Assembly: GCA_964596545.1 (NCBI GenBank)
Contig: CAZQUP010000008.1
Coordinates: 9,331-63,168, forward strand
Length of the DNA stretch: 53,838 nucleotides
Reading direction: 5' to 3'
Source of the DNA: an uncultured Desulfatibacillum sp.
GTDB taxonomy: Bacteria > Desulfobacterota > Desulfobacteria > Desulfobacterales > SpSt-501
Position numbers and translations under genes: made by a program. The notes under the pieces are model-generated. The model was not told the DNA's origin, did no database searches, and saw only the letters and a program-made list of their open reading frames with translations. This document shows, piece by piece, positions 1 to 9,740 of this stretch (positions within the stretch are counted from its first letter, which is position 1; each line of letters begins with the position of its first letter).

Positions 1-1101
1 AGCCGATGCGATCATGATGATTCCAAAATGGGTCATGTTTATTCCCGCCTGCATGAGCAGCGGCTGCAAAAGAGGCGTTAGAATAAGAATGTTTGCCAAT
101 GCATCCATAAAAGTTCCCAAAATAAGGAGCATCACGATTATGGCGAAAAGGAGCAAATTCGGGTTGTTGGCCAAGCCCGACAATGCTTTTACCAAAGCGT
201 TGGGGATATTGTAGATCAACAATATCTGACCCAAGGCCGTGGCGGTAGCCACAACCAGAAATATCGTGGCATTGGTAATGGTGGTACCTCGCAGAATAAG
301 CCATATTTTATGTTTTGTCAGGTTCCTTAAGACCACGCCCTCGATAAGAAGAGCATAAGTGACAGCAATCGCTCCGGCTTCAGTCGGTGTGGTAATTCCT
401 CCGTATATGCCCCCAAGGACAATAATCGGAACCAGAAGAGAGTATTTTGCTTCATATAGCGCAGAAAGCGTCTCTTTCAATGTGGCCTTTTTGCTTCTGG
501 TTGCAAAACCATGATATTTTGACAGGAAGAAGCACACAATCATTAAGACGATCCCAATAAAGATTCCGGGAACGATTCCAGCGATAAACAAATCCCCCAC
601 CGAAACATTTGCGGTCGTCCCATAAATAATCAGCGGCACACTGGGCGGAATCATCACCCCTAAGCAACCGGCAGCAACATTTGTGGCCGTTGAAAATGAT
701 TTTGAAAACCCCTCTTTCTCCATCGAAGGGATCATGATGCCGCCTACGGCGGCGACGGTTGCAGGCGCCGATCCGCTCAGGGCCCCGTAAAACATACAGG
801 TCAAGACCGAAACGTGTGCCAGGCCTCCGGTAACATGCCCAATGAGGCAGCGAGAAACTTTCAGCAACGATTCGGCCATACTTCCTTTTTGCATAATTTC
901 ACCCGCCATGATAAAAAAAGGTACGGCGAGCAGAGGAAACGCATCCAAGGATAAAAACATTTTTTGCATCAGAAATTGAACGGGAAGCCCTGCCGCAATT
1001 ACCGCAAGAGCAACACTCAACCCGATTGCAACTCCTATCGGCACGCTTAAAATAAGCAATAATGGAAGAAAAATGAAAATGATCAGGATTGGCCAATCCA
1101 T
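1..1101 (-). CDS. dctM: TRAP transporter large permease (3' end runs off the window)
   Basis: Not in the ORF track. Manual translation from ATG at 1101 gives MDWPILIIFIFLPLLLILSVPIGVAIGLS; the same frame at the left edge reads PLLQPLLMQAGINMTHFGIIMIASA, typical of DctM. It follows dctP-dctQ. Confidence 0.9.
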   Translation of the reverse strand, partial: MDWPILIIFIFLPLLLILSVPIGVAIGLSVALAVIAAGLPVQFLMQKMFLSLDAFPLLAVPFFIMAGEIMQKGSMAESLLKVSRCLIGHVTGGLAHVSVLTCMFYGALSGSAPATVAAVGGIMIPSMEKEGFSKSFSTATNVAAGCLGVMIPPSVPLIIYGTTANVSVGDLFIAGIVPGIFIGIVLMIVCFFLSKYHGFATRSKKATLKETLSALYEAKYSLLVPIIVLGGIYGGITTPTEAGAIAVTYALLIEGVVLRNLTKHKIWLILRGTTITNATIFLVVATATALGQILLIYNIPNALVKALSGLANNPNLLLFAIIVMLLILGTFMDALANILILTPLLQPLLMQAGINMTHFGIIMIASA

Positions 1102-1260
1102 GGGTTATCCTCTGGCAAGGTCATTAATCTTCAATCTTCATCGTTATCCATCTTTTACAGTCGTAAAATTTTATTTTATTGCAAATCTTTTTAACATTAA
1201 AAACAGTAGTTTGCTTTGCTGTATTTTAACATCCTGCAATTGTTTTTAATCAGCAGCAAG

Positions 1261-1770
1261 TCATCTGCTAACTTTGTCGTCCGCACGATTCAAGCGTTTT
1301 AAATCTTGAGAAATCAACATTTTCACCACAATTATGTTGCGAATTGTCATAAGAAAAAAACCAAGCGGCAAACAAATATAAGCGATATACATCGGAAATT
1401 GAAGCGCCGGGGCAAGCTGGTTGGATTCCTTTACAAAACCAACCATCTTTGCTCCCCAAAAAAACATCAATCCACAAAAAACTATAGTTATCATGTATGC
1501 AATGATTGTGATCATAATGCTAATTTTGCCACGAAACATCGCTCGAAGGATTGTAACCTCAAGATGGCGCCTTTCCGCAGCGGCAAAACTTGCTCCGATA
1601 TACACGGAAAAGACGAAAAGATATCTTGCCAGCTCTTCAGGCCAGTCAAAAGAGTCTTGAAGAATATATCTTTGAAAAACCTGCAAAATGATAATTACGG
1701 CCATTCCAGAAAGGGCGATCGACGAAAAAACTTCCTCAAACTTATTCAGCCAATGATAGAATGGTTTCAT
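1261..1770 (-). CDS. dctQ: TRAP transporter small permease
   Basis: Four hydrophobic segments and WPEELARYLFV motif; lies between dctP and dctM. Start trimmed to MKPFYHW. Confidence 0.9.
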   Translation of the reverse strand: MKPFYHWLNKFEEVFSSIALSGMAVIIILQVFQRYILQDSFDWPEELARYLFVFSVYIGASFAAAERRHLEVTILRAMFRGKISIMITIIAYMITIVFCGLMFFWGAKMVGFVKESNQLAPALQFPMYIAYICLPLGFFLMTIRNIIVVKMLISQDLKRLNRADDKVSR

Positions 1771-1848
1771 ATTGTACCTTAAGAATGGAGCAGGCAATTC
1801 AGATAATTGCCTGCCCCTTATCGCCATTTAAACCTTATTTTCCTGATT

Positions 1849-2859
1849 TCATTTCTCGTTAACAGTTTTCCGCATCTCTTCGATCAGTTCAGGAGGGACT
1901 GCATAGGCAAAAGATGGCGCCACGTCTTCGGTGGCCTTGATCCACCGGGCACGTTCTTCTGACGACAATTCGATGACTTCTCCTCCTGTTTCTTTGATTT
2001 TTTGGATGATCATCGATTCGTTACTTCTGATTTTATTGCGCTCAAATTTTTGCATGACGGCGAAAGATTCATTAATCCACGTTCGCTCTTGCGGCTCGAG
2101 TTTCTCCCAGAAAGGCTTGGAAACTAAAACCAGATGACCGCTGTAAAAACTACGAGTCAGCGTAACATACTTTGTTATTTCTGGAAATTTGTTGAACCAT
2201 GCCAAATTCAAATCAATATCTATGGCATCCACCGTCTTTTGCTGCAAAGCGGTATAAACTTCACCCCAAGCGACCGGTGTTGGATTCATTCCAAGGGCTT
2301 TCAGAATCGCAATATGAGCTTTCGAATGGGTTGCGCGAATTTTAAGACCTTTAGCGTCTTCCAGCTTACGAATTGGGCGGCTAGAAAAAACCTGTCGAAA
2401 TCCGATATCGATGTAGCCCAATCCCAAAATCCCGTTTTTTTCAAGTGCGCTTGCCAGTTTCTTTCCGATAGGACCATCGGTAATCCGATCAGCAGCCTCG
2501 TAGCTTGGGATGATAAAAGGCATATCCAGGAACATCAATTGCGGGTTAAATACGGAAAAATTGTTGCAGGCATCCGAACCCATCTGCAAAACACCCATCT
2601 GAAGGCCCTGAACAACCGCATCAAAATTCCCGTATTTCGAGCTGTCATAAATATCTACTCGAAATACACCCCCCGATCGCTTCTCAAGATCAGCTTTAAA
2701 CAGCTCATAGCCTTCCCCCATCGGATGCTGAGGAACATTGGGATGGGCAAGTTTAATTACGATTTCTTTCGCCGCTACCGGCGAGTTCCATAGGCCCATC
2801 CCAAACAGGATGGCCAAAGAGATGAGGATGTGAATGATTTTCGGGCCCCGCTTTTTCAT
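1849..2859 (-). CDS. dctP: TRAP transporter substrate-binding protein
   Basis: Signal peptide, KGLKIR and WGEVYTALQQKTVDA motifs; AAGGAG RBS before ATG at 2859. Confidence 0.92.
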   Translation of the reverse strand: MKKRGPKIIHILISLAILFGMGLWNSPVAAKEIVIKLAHPNVPQHPMGEGYELFKADLEKRSGGVFRVDIYDSSKYGNFDAVVQGLQMGVLQMGSDACNNFSVFNPQLMFLDMPFIIPSYEAADRITDGPIGKKLASALEKNGILGLGYIDIGFRQVFSSRPIRKLEDAKGLKIRATHSKAHIAILKALGMNPTPVAWGEVYTALQQKTVDAIDIDLNLAWFNKFPEITKYVTLTRSFYSGHLVLVSKPFWEKLEPQERTWINESFAVMQKFERNKIRSNESMIIQKIKETGGEVIELSSEERARWIKATEDVAPSFAYAVPPELIEEMRKTVNEK

Positions 2860-2939
2860 CGTTTTCTCCTTCCTTAAACCATCAATTCTGTTCTTCTGGA
2901 TGCACGACTTCCACATTGAACCCAATGCGAACTTTCCCC

Positions 2940-3956
2940 CTACTCCGCGACCGACTCGAGGCCGAGGAGAGGCCGGATGTAGGCGTAGAGGCCGGGCGAG
3001 CCTCCGGTGTGGACGAAGAGCACTTTTTCGCCCTTGCGCAGTTGTCCCTCACGGCTCAAGCCGATCAGGCCGGCCATCGCTTTCCCGGTATAGACCGGGT
3101 CAAGAAGGATCCCCTCGGTGCGGGCGAGCAGCTGCACGGCCTCGACCATACGGCGGTTGGGAACCGAGTACTTCGGCTGCCAGTAGCCGCCGACACAACG
3201 GACCGCCTCCCGCGGGATGCCTCCACGCACCTGGAGGCGCTCCGCGGTCCGGCAGGCAAGATCGTAGACGAGCGGCTCCTGGTCCGCCGGCTCGCGGCTT
3301 ACCCCAACCCCCAGGACGGGGATGTCCAGGTTGCCGCCGACAAACCCCGTGACCAGTCCGGCGTGGGTCCCGGCGCTGCCCGAGGCGACGACGACGCGGT
3401 CGATCGCCAGTCCCATCGCGAAGAGCTGCTCCTGAATCTCCTGGGCGCAGGCGACGTAGCCGGTCGCCCCGATGGGGTTCGAGCCGCCGCCGGGGATGAT
3501 GTATCCTTTCCTCCCTTCCCGGCCGAGCTCCTCGGCGACTTTCTGCATGGCCGCCATCGTGTCGCTGCCGCCCGGGACGACCTCGATCTTCTCGACCCCG
3601 AGCAGGCGGAAGAGGAAATTGTTGCCCGAAGCCTCGGGGTTGTAGCTTCCCGGAACGCGCTCCTCGAGAACCAAGCGGCATTGGAGCCCTTCCTTCACCG
3701 CCGCAGCGAGCGTCAGCCGGCAATGGTTGGACTGCACCGCCCCGCAGGTGATCAAGGTGTCGGCCCCCTGGGCGAGCGCGTCGGCCACAAGAAACTCGAG
3801 CTTGCGGGTTTTGTTGCCCCCGGCCGTAAGACCGAGAAGGTCGTCGCGCTTGATGTAGATCTCGGGACCTCCGAGGGCTGCGGTAAATCGGGGCAAAAAC
3901 TCGATCGGCGTAGGGCTGGGCGTATAGCGACGACGGGGGAACCGGGCGAGATTCAT
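2940..3956 (-). CDS. dcyD: D-cysteine desulfhydrase family PLP enzyme (DcyD/CuyA/ACC-deaminase family)
   Basis: IKRDD..GGNKTRKLEFL (PLP lysine), QSNH, SGSAGT. DPVYTGK and HTGG are present instead of the ACC-deaminase DPVYEGK/HLGG. Confidence 0.85.
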   Translation of the reverse strand: MNLARFPRRRYTPSPTPIEFLPRFTAALGGPEIYIKRDDLLGLTAGGNKTRKLEFLVADALAQGADTLITCGAVQSNHCRLTLAAAVKEGLQCRLVLEERVPGSYNPEASGNNFLFRLLGVEKIEVVPGGSDTMAAMQKVAEELGREGRKGYIIPGGGSNPIGATGYVACAQEIQEQLFAMGLAIDRVVVASGSAGTHAGLVTGFVGGNLDIPVLGVGVSREPADQEPLVYDLACRTAERLQVRGGIPREAVRCVGGYWQPKYSVPNRRMVEAVQLLARTEGILLDPVYTGKAMAGLIGLSREGQLRKGEKVLFVHTGGSPGLYAYIRPLLGLESVAE

Positions 3957-4368
3957 GCAGGACCTCCTTCAGATCGGAGTTGGATGATGGCTTCGATTTC
4001 GATGTCCACTCCCTTGGGCAGAGCGGCCACTTGGACGGCGGAACGGGCGGGGCACATCCCGGGAAAATGACGGGCGTAAACGGCGTTTACTCGCGCGAAA
4101 AGCGAAAGATCGGTCAGAAAGACGGTCAGTTTGACTGCCCGCGAAAGGTCCGTCCCGGCCGCACGCGCGACGGCGGTCAAATTTCTCAGGCACTGGTCGA
4201 CCCGCGCTTTTCGATCTCGCCGGCGACCGGATTGCCGGTCACGGGATCAAGCGGGAGCTGGCCGGAGACGAACAGGAACCCCCCGGCGACTACCCCCTGG
4301 GAATAGGGACCGATCGCGGCGGGGGCGTCGGCTGTTGCAACCTGTCGAGGGGAAGAAGCGGTGTGCAT
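3953..4368 (-). pseudogene. ridA: RidA/YjgF enamine-imine deaminase, frameshifted near 4200-4210
   Basis: N-half APAAIGPYSQG..SGQLPLDP (4368-4186) and C-half DQCLRNL..PARSAVQVAALPKGVDIEIEAI (to 3953) are in different frames. This may be a sequencing error. Confidence 0.85.
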
Positions 4369-4400
4369 CGTCTTTCCTTTCTGCAGAACGCCCTGGGAAC

Positions 4401-5063
4401 TCAGAGCTGTGGCAGCTCCTGCTCCAGGCGGATTTTCTTCAGATAGCCGTATACCGTGTACTTGGAGATCCCCATCCGCAGGGCCACCTGGTCGACCGCG
4501 CCCTTGATCTGGAAGACGCCGTTTTCTTCGAGCGCGCGCAGAAGCTCCAGCCTCTCGGTGGACGACATGAAGGCGGGCTGCTTTCCGATCCGGGCGACCG
4601 TTTGCTCGAAGAGCGCCTCGATCGTCTCGGTGATCGAGGTGGCGAAGGTTTCGGTTTTCTCCTCGCCGTTGAAACTCTCCGCCACGGTCGTGAAAACCTC
4701 GAGAGCCTGGGCGGCGTTGCGATAATCGGTCGTGTCGAAGTTGACGCAGAAGGCGGCGACGACTTCTCCTTGGCGGTTGCGGACGAAAACCGTGCTCGAC
4801 TTGAGCACGCGGCCGTCGCGGGTGGTGGTCCGATAGTTGTAACGGTCGCCGATTTCTCGACCCTCGCGCCGGAGGGCCCGCACGACGAGATCGGTCAACG
4901 GACCACCGACCTTGCGGTGGGTCACCTCGCCGGCGATGTGGCAGATGGAGTGGCGTGGATCGGAGAGATCGTGGACGACGACTTCGAGATTGCGCGGGAA
5001 GGTGCGGGCGAGCGCATCGGCGATCCGAGCCAAGGTCCGGAGAATCCACTCCCGCTCGTCCAT
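4401..5063 (-). CDS. YheO/DauR-like PAS + HTH transcriptional regulator
   Basis: EVVVHDL, HRKVGGPLTDL, GRVLKSST, GVFQIKGAV..VALRMGISKYTVYGYL. Confidence 0.9.
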   Translation of the reverse strand: MDEREWILRTLARIADALARTFPRNLEVVVHDLSDPRHSICHIAGEVTHRKVGGPLTDLVVRALRREGREIGDRYNYRTTTRDGRVLKSSTVFVRNRQGEVVAAFCVNFDTTDYRNAAQALEVFTTVAESFNGEEKTETFATSITETIEALFEQTVARIGKQPAFMSSTERLELLRALEENGVFQIKGAVDQVALRMGISKYTVYGYLKKIRLEQELPQL

Positions 5064-5102
5064 CGAACCTCCCGTAAGGGAACAACTGCCGCTGACCCCG
5101 CC

Positions 5103-5137
5103 TATTATCGAACAAATTATTTGATGTCAAACAAATT
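5103..5137 (-). promoter_or_regulatory. Putative promoter/operator of the yheO-ridA-dcyD operon
   Basis: AT-rich patch with TTGACA on the minus strand (5130-5125), an imperfectly spaced GATAAT, and a direct repeat AACAAATT at 5111 and 5130. Confidence 0.4.
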
Positions 5138-5328
5138 TTTAATGTTCCGTGCCGGCGACAAAGGAAAAGAGGCGACGTTCGAAACTGCGGTTTGCGCCTG
5201 ATGCGGCGGCGTCTTCTTTGACAGTGAACCGTGAGCGTGTTATGCAGCGGCCCTTTTCGTGGCCGGCGCTTGAAAAGATGCGCACCGGGAAAGTTGGCCG
5301 GAATCTCCGGAATTTAAGGATCGCTTCG

Positions 5329-6999
5329 ATGAAACCGGCTCGATATTCGCTCTCCCTTCTACGCGGAGATCTCTTCGGAGGTCTCACCGCAGGGGTCGTC
5401 GCACTGCCGCTTGCGCTCGCCTTCGGCGCAGCGAGCGGCGCCGGGCCGATCGCCGGCCTTTACGGCGCGATCGGCCTCGGCTTCTTCGCCGCCCTGTTGG
5501 GCGGTACCCCCTGTCAGGTTTCCGGCCCGACCGGCCCCATGACCGTAGTCTTCGCCGCCTCCGTGGCCGCCTTTCCCGGTGATCTCGCCATGGTGTTCTC
5601 GGTCGTGATGCTCGCCGGGGCGCTGCAGATCGTCTTCGGCGGAATCCGGATCGGCGGTTTCGTACGCTACATTCCCTACCCGGTGATTTCGGGGTTCATG
5701 AGCGGAATCGGGGTGATCATTCTCCTGCTGCAGATCCATCCTCTCCTCGGCCTGGAAAGTGTGGCCTCCCCCTTGCTTGCGCTCATCAGCCTGCCCCGGG
5801 CCGTTGCCGGGGTGCAACTCGAAAGCCTGCTCCTCGGGGGGGTCACGCTGCTGATCGTGTTTCTCACACCCGCGCGCATCACGCGGGTCGTCCCTTCGCC
5901 GCTCATCGCGCTTCTCATCGTCAGCCTGCTCGCGGCGGGTCTCGCCCTTCCCGTGAAAACCATCGGCGAGATCCCCGCCGGGCTGCCGGAAATCCGGCTT
6001 CCGGCGCTGTCGGCGGAGCACCTGCCCCGGATCCTCGCCATGGCGATCGCGCTCGCGGCCCTGGGGAGCATCGACACCCTGCTTACCTCGCTTGTGGCCG
6101 ACTCGATGACACGCGAACGCCACGACTCCAACCGCGAACTCATCGGCCAGGGGATCGGCAACTTGACCGCCGGCCTGCTCGGCGGACTCCCCGGAGCGGG
6201 GGCAACCATGCGCACCGTGGTCAACATCAAGGCCGGCGGCCGGACCCGCGTCTCCGGGATGACCCACGCGCTGTTCCTGCTCGCCGTCCTGCTGGGACTC
6301 GGCAAAGCGACGGCCCACATTCCCATGGCGGCTCTCGCCGGAATTTTGATCAAGGTCGGCGTCGACATTCTCGACTACCGCATGCTCAAGCTCCTGAAAC
6401 GAGCCCCCCGGCCGGATCTCGTGGTCATGGCGGTCGTGTTCGCCGTCACGGTGTTTGTCGACCTGATCGTCGCCGTCACCCTCGGCATCGCGCTCGCCGC
6501 CCTGATGCTCACCTGGCAGATGGCCCGGCAGACCCAGGTCAACGTGTTCGAGGTGGCTCCGGCCGACTGGGAACGCAACCTGGGCAAGCAACTTCAGGAG
6601 GAGAGCGATTACGGGATCCGCGTGATCGCCGTCCGCGGCGCCTTTTTCTTCGGAATGATCGCCCAGATGCAGGACAAGATCAACCGGCTCCTCGGGGCGC
6701 AGGTCGTCATCATCAACTGCTATCATGTCCCCTTCATGGACACCTCCGCCGCATTCGCCCTGGTCGAGATGGTGGAAAAGCTGAAAGCTGAGGGAATCCG
6801 CCCCATCCTCGTGGTGAACGAGGGGGTCGGGCTGGACCGCATCCTCAAAGACCTGAACTGCGCCGGGGTCTTCGGCGAAGAGGGCATCCAGACCGACTAC
6901 CGCCGGGCCGTGGAACTCGCCCGCCGGCACTTGAAGACCGGTCCCGCCGGCGATCTGCCGCCCGATTCACGGCTGCCCGGCTCACCTCAAACGGAGTAG
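5329..6999 (+). CDS. SulP/SLC26 family anion transporter with C-terminal STAS domain (BicA-like)
   Basis: GDLFGGLTAGVVALPLALAFG, SGPTGPM, NRELIGQGIGN, GAGATMRT; STAS-like FMDTSA. Start trimmed to MKPARY. Confidence 0.92.
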   Translation: MKPARYSLSLLRGDLFGGLTAGVVALPLALAFGAASGAGPIAGLYGAIGLGFFAALLGGTPCQVSGPTGPMTVVFAASVAAFPGDLAMVFSVVMLAGALQIVFGGIRIGGFVRYIPYPVISGFMSGIGVIILLLQIHPLLGLESVASPLLALISLPRAVAGVQLESLLLGGVTLLIVFLTPARITRVVPSPLIALLIVSLLAAGLALPVKTIGEIPAGLPEIRLPALSAEHLPRILAMAIALAALGSIDTLLTSLVADSMTRERHDSNRELIGQGIGNLTAGLLGGLPGAGATMRTVVNIKAGGRTRVSGMTHALFLLAVLLGLGKATAHIPMAALAGILIKVGVDILDYRMLKLLKRAPRPDLVVMAVVFAVTVFVDLIVAVTLGIALAALMLTWQMARQTQVNVFEVAPADWERNLGKQLQEESDYGIRVIAVRGAFFFGMIAQMQDKINRLLGAQVVIINCYHVPFMDTSAAFALVEMVEKLKAEGIRPILVVNEGVGLDRILKDLNCAGVFGEEGIQTDYRRAVELARRHLKTGPAGDLPPDSRLPGSPQTE

Positions 7000-7134
7000 T
7001 CCTCGCCAGAACCGTCGCGTTCGTTGGACAACCCCCTCTCTCTACAGCGATAGTTTTCAACGGCGCGAGACTCGAGGACGAGGCAGGAGAGCGAAAACCC
7101 GGTCCTCTTTCAAGACGGCAAGAGGGGAGAAGGC

Positions 7135-7623
7135 ATGAAAATCTCGGCACTTCTACTTTTCTGGGTGATTCTCGGAGGCGGTGTCGCCGCGGGCGGGGAA
7201 AGCGACATCGAGCGACATCCGGCATGCCCGCTTTGCGGCATGGATCGCGGGCAGTTCAGCCACAGCCGCATGTTGATTGTGTTTGACGACGGAAGCGAAA
7301 CGGGGACCTGCAGCCTTCGCTGCACGGCGGTCGAGCTCGTCAGCCGTCTCGATCAAAGGCCGGTTTCCTTGGCCGTGGGCGATTACCGCACCCGAAAGCT
7401 GATCGACGCCGAAAAGGCCTTCTGGGTCCTCGGCGGCGACCGACCGGGAGTCATGAGCGCCCGCGCCAAATGGGCCTTTGCAGAGCGCGAAGAGGCGGAG
7501 CGTTTCGTCCAAGCCCACGGGGGGACCATCGTGGGTTTCGAGGAAGCCCTTCAAGCCGCGTTCCTGGATCTCTACCAGGACACAAAGATGATCCGCGAGC
7601 GACGCAAAGCCAAAAAAAATTGA
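7135..7623 (+). CDS. NosL-family periplasmic metal-binding protein
   Basis: Signal peptide, CPLCGM, CSLRC, LIDAEKAFWV.GG..PGVM, AF...EEAERF..AHGG. Confidence 0.8.
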   Translation: MKISALLLFWVILGGGVAAGGESDIERHPACPLCGMDRGQFSHSRMLIVFDDGSETGTCSLRCTAVELVSRLDQRPVSLAVGDYRTRKLIDAEKAFWVLGGDRPGVMSARAKWAFAEREEAERFVQAHGGTIVGFEEALQAAFLDLYQDTKMIRERRKAKKN

Positions 7624-7749
7624 GGGGACGTCCATTCATATATTGATATGTCTCAGCTGCCCCCGTCTGCTCGGCCTTTCCGCTCGCAAACAACCGAGCT
7701 ATGGAAAGAGGGTGCGGCATATCAAGTAATATAACAATGGACGTCCCCT
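7623..7749. repeat. 127-bp element with perfect 14-bp terminal inverted repeats (MITE/REP-like)
   Basis: AGGGGACGTCCATT (7623-7636) is the exact reverse complement of AATGGACGTCCCCT (7736-7749); the interior is more AT-rich than the flanks. Confidence 0.75.
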
Positions 7750-7759
7750 AGACCTACCT

Positions 7760-8092
7760 TCAGCCGCGGATCATGACGAGCATCATCTTGAAGCGCTCGG
7801 CCGCCTGCAGGGCGTGGGGCACGTTTGCGGGCATGATCAGCATCTCTCCTGCGGTTACTTCTTTCGCGTTGCCCCCGATCGTCACCGACGCCCGGCCCTC
7901 CAGCAGGTAAACCAGAGCATCGAAGGGCGCGGTGTGCTCGCTCAGGCCCTGCCCGGCGTCGAAGGCGAAAAGGGTGACGTTTCCGGTTTCCCGCTTGACG
8001 ATCGTCCGGCTCACGATCGAGCCTTCGGCATACTCGACCAACCGGCCGGCGACAAGCGGCACGCCCCGCGGTTCCGTGGAGTGCTGGGTCAT
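7760..8092 (-). CDS. Cupin domain protein
   Basis: TLFAFDAGQGLSEHTAPFDA..LEG..MPANVPHAL. Confidence 0.88.
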   Translation of the reverse strand: MTQHSTEPRGVPLVAGRLVEYAEGSIVSRTIVKRETGNVTLFAFDAGQGLSEHTAPFDALVYLLEGRASVTIGGNAKEVTAGEMLIMPANVPHALQAAERFKMMLVMIRG

Positions 8093-8148
8093 ACTCCTCT
8101 TCTCCTTGAGGGAGGTTTTTCCCCTCTTGAGCTGAAAAAGTCAGCCTC

Positions 8149-8310
8149 TTAAACCATTTTTTCGAACTGGTCCTTGCCCACGCCGCAAATCGGGCACACC
8201 CATCCTTCGGGCAAATCCTCAAATGCCGTCCCCGTCGGAATTCCCCCCTCGGCATCGCCTTCCGCCGGATCATACACATAGCCGCAGGGGATGCACTGCC
8301 ACTTCTCCAC
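8149..8310 (-). CDS. Rubredoxin
   Basis: 53 aa from GTG at 8310 after AAAGGAG RBS; [26 protein letters not shown]. Confidence 0.95.
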   Translation of the reverse strand: MEKWQCIPCGYVYDPAEGDAEGGIPTGTAFEDLPEGWVCPICGVGKDQFEKMV

Positions 8311-8417
8311 GATGAGGTCTCCTTTAGCAGGTTCAGAATCAAGCCGAAGCAAATGAATTCCCGTACACGGTTTTTGAGTCGCGGGCAACCCGTAGGCGCC
8401 TATTCCCCGGAGAGCGG

Positions 8418-9713
8418 TCAATTCGGAATTTCCGGTCCGCCCCGTCGAAGACGGTAGAAGAAAAGAAGTGCGATGAGACTGAGCGCGGGAAAAATCCAAA
8501 AGCCCGCCCCGTAGCCGGCCGGCCCGGCCGCCCGGACGATCCCCCCCATGACGGGCGGCAAGATGAAGCCCCCGAGAGCGCCCAGACCTCCGATGATGCC
8601 GGCGGCGCCGCCGACCGCGGCGGGAGCGTAGCGGGGGGCCAGTTTGAAAACAGCCGCATTGCCGAACCCCATGCCGAGCGCCAGCATTCCTTGAACCAAA
8701 ACCGACGCGGCGAAGGAATGCTGCGCGAGGGCCATCGCCGCCCCGCCGAGCCCCACCGCGGCGAGTGAGGCGGCGACGAGGGGCTCACCGCCCAGGCGAT
8801 CAGCGACGATCCCGCCGAAAACCCGCAAGAGGCTTGCGGAAAGGGAAAAAAGGGCGGTCAGCATTCCCGCGCAAACCAGCGAAATCTCGAACCGCTCCAC
8901 CCAGAAGCTGGGAAACCAAACCGTCAGGGCGATGAAACCGCCGAAGGTGATAAAGTAGAAATAGGTCAGCACCCAAGTCCGCCAGTCGCGGCCCGCCCTC
9001 CGGATGGAGGACAGCGTTTTCCCCTCCGGGATCAGTTCCTCGCCGCAGGCGCGGCGGAGGTCCTGGGGATCCACCGCAAGACCCATCGCGCGGTATTGAA
9101 AATAGGGGGCGTCCTTCATCCACAACCCAACGGCCAGCGTGGCCGCCAGCAGCCCGGCCAGCCAGAGGATGTAGGCCGGGGTGAATCCGAGATGGGTCAC
9201 CAGAACGGGGAGAAGCACGGCAAAGAGGCCCGGGGCGAGATTCCCCAGTCCGCCGTAAAGGGCGAGCGCCGTCCCCTGGCGCCGCTGCGGGTACCAGTAG
9301 GAGACAGCCGGCACCCCGACCGAGAAGACGGCGATTCCGCAGCCGCAGAGCAGGGCAAAACCCAGGAGAAGCGGAAGATGTTCCGCCCGCGGTGACCCCG
9401 CGAGGCCGAAGAGGACGGTGATCCCCGCAATGCCGGCGGCGGCGAGCAGCAACAGGAAAAGGATCGGCTTCTTGCCTCCGTAGCGGTCGACGAGGGCGCC
9501 GCAGGGGATACGCAGCAGGGAGCCGGTCAAGGCCGGCGAAGCGGCCAACAGCCCCAGCCAGAACGGCCCCGCATCGAGAGTCTCGCGCAGCCGGGGAAGT
9601 ATGGGCCCGAAGGCCGAGACGCCGGCAAAGCCGATGAAAAAGGCAAGCGTCGTCCAACCCAAAGCGGCGCGCGGCGATGAAGTCGCCAGGCAGACGGCCG
9701 GCTTTTCGCCCAT
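8418..9713 (-). CDS. narK: MFS nitrate/nitrite transporter
   Basis: About 12 TM segments; [32 protein letters not shown] motifs; directly downstream of narI. Confidence 0.85.
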   Translation of the reverse strand: MGEKPAVCLATSSPRAALGWTTLAFFIGFAGVSAFGPILPRLRETLDAGPFWLGLLAASPALTGSLLRIPCGALVDRYGGKKPILFLLLLAAAGIAGITVLFGLAGSPRAEHLPLLLGFALLCGCGIAVFSVGVPAVSYWYPQRRQGTALALYGGLGNLAPGLFAVLLPVLVTHLGFTPAYILWLAGLLAATLAVGLWMKDAPYFQYRAMGLAVDPQDLRRACGEELIPEGKTLSSIRRAGRDWRTWVLTYFYFITFGGFIALTVWFPSFWVERFEISLVCAGMLTALFSLSASLLRVFGGIVADRLGGEPLVAASLAAVGLGGAAMALAQHSFAASVLVQGMLALGMGFGNAAVFKLAPRYAPAAVGGAAGIIGGLGALGGFILPPVMGGIVRAAGPAGYGAGFWIFPALSLIALLFFYRLRRGGPEIPN

Positions 9714-9740
9714 GCTCTTCCTTTCTTCCGCCGCCCGCCT

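Noticed and set aside
2940-3956. ACC deaminase assignment
   Set aside because: The diagnostic Glu and Leu positions read Thr (DPVYTGK, HTGG).
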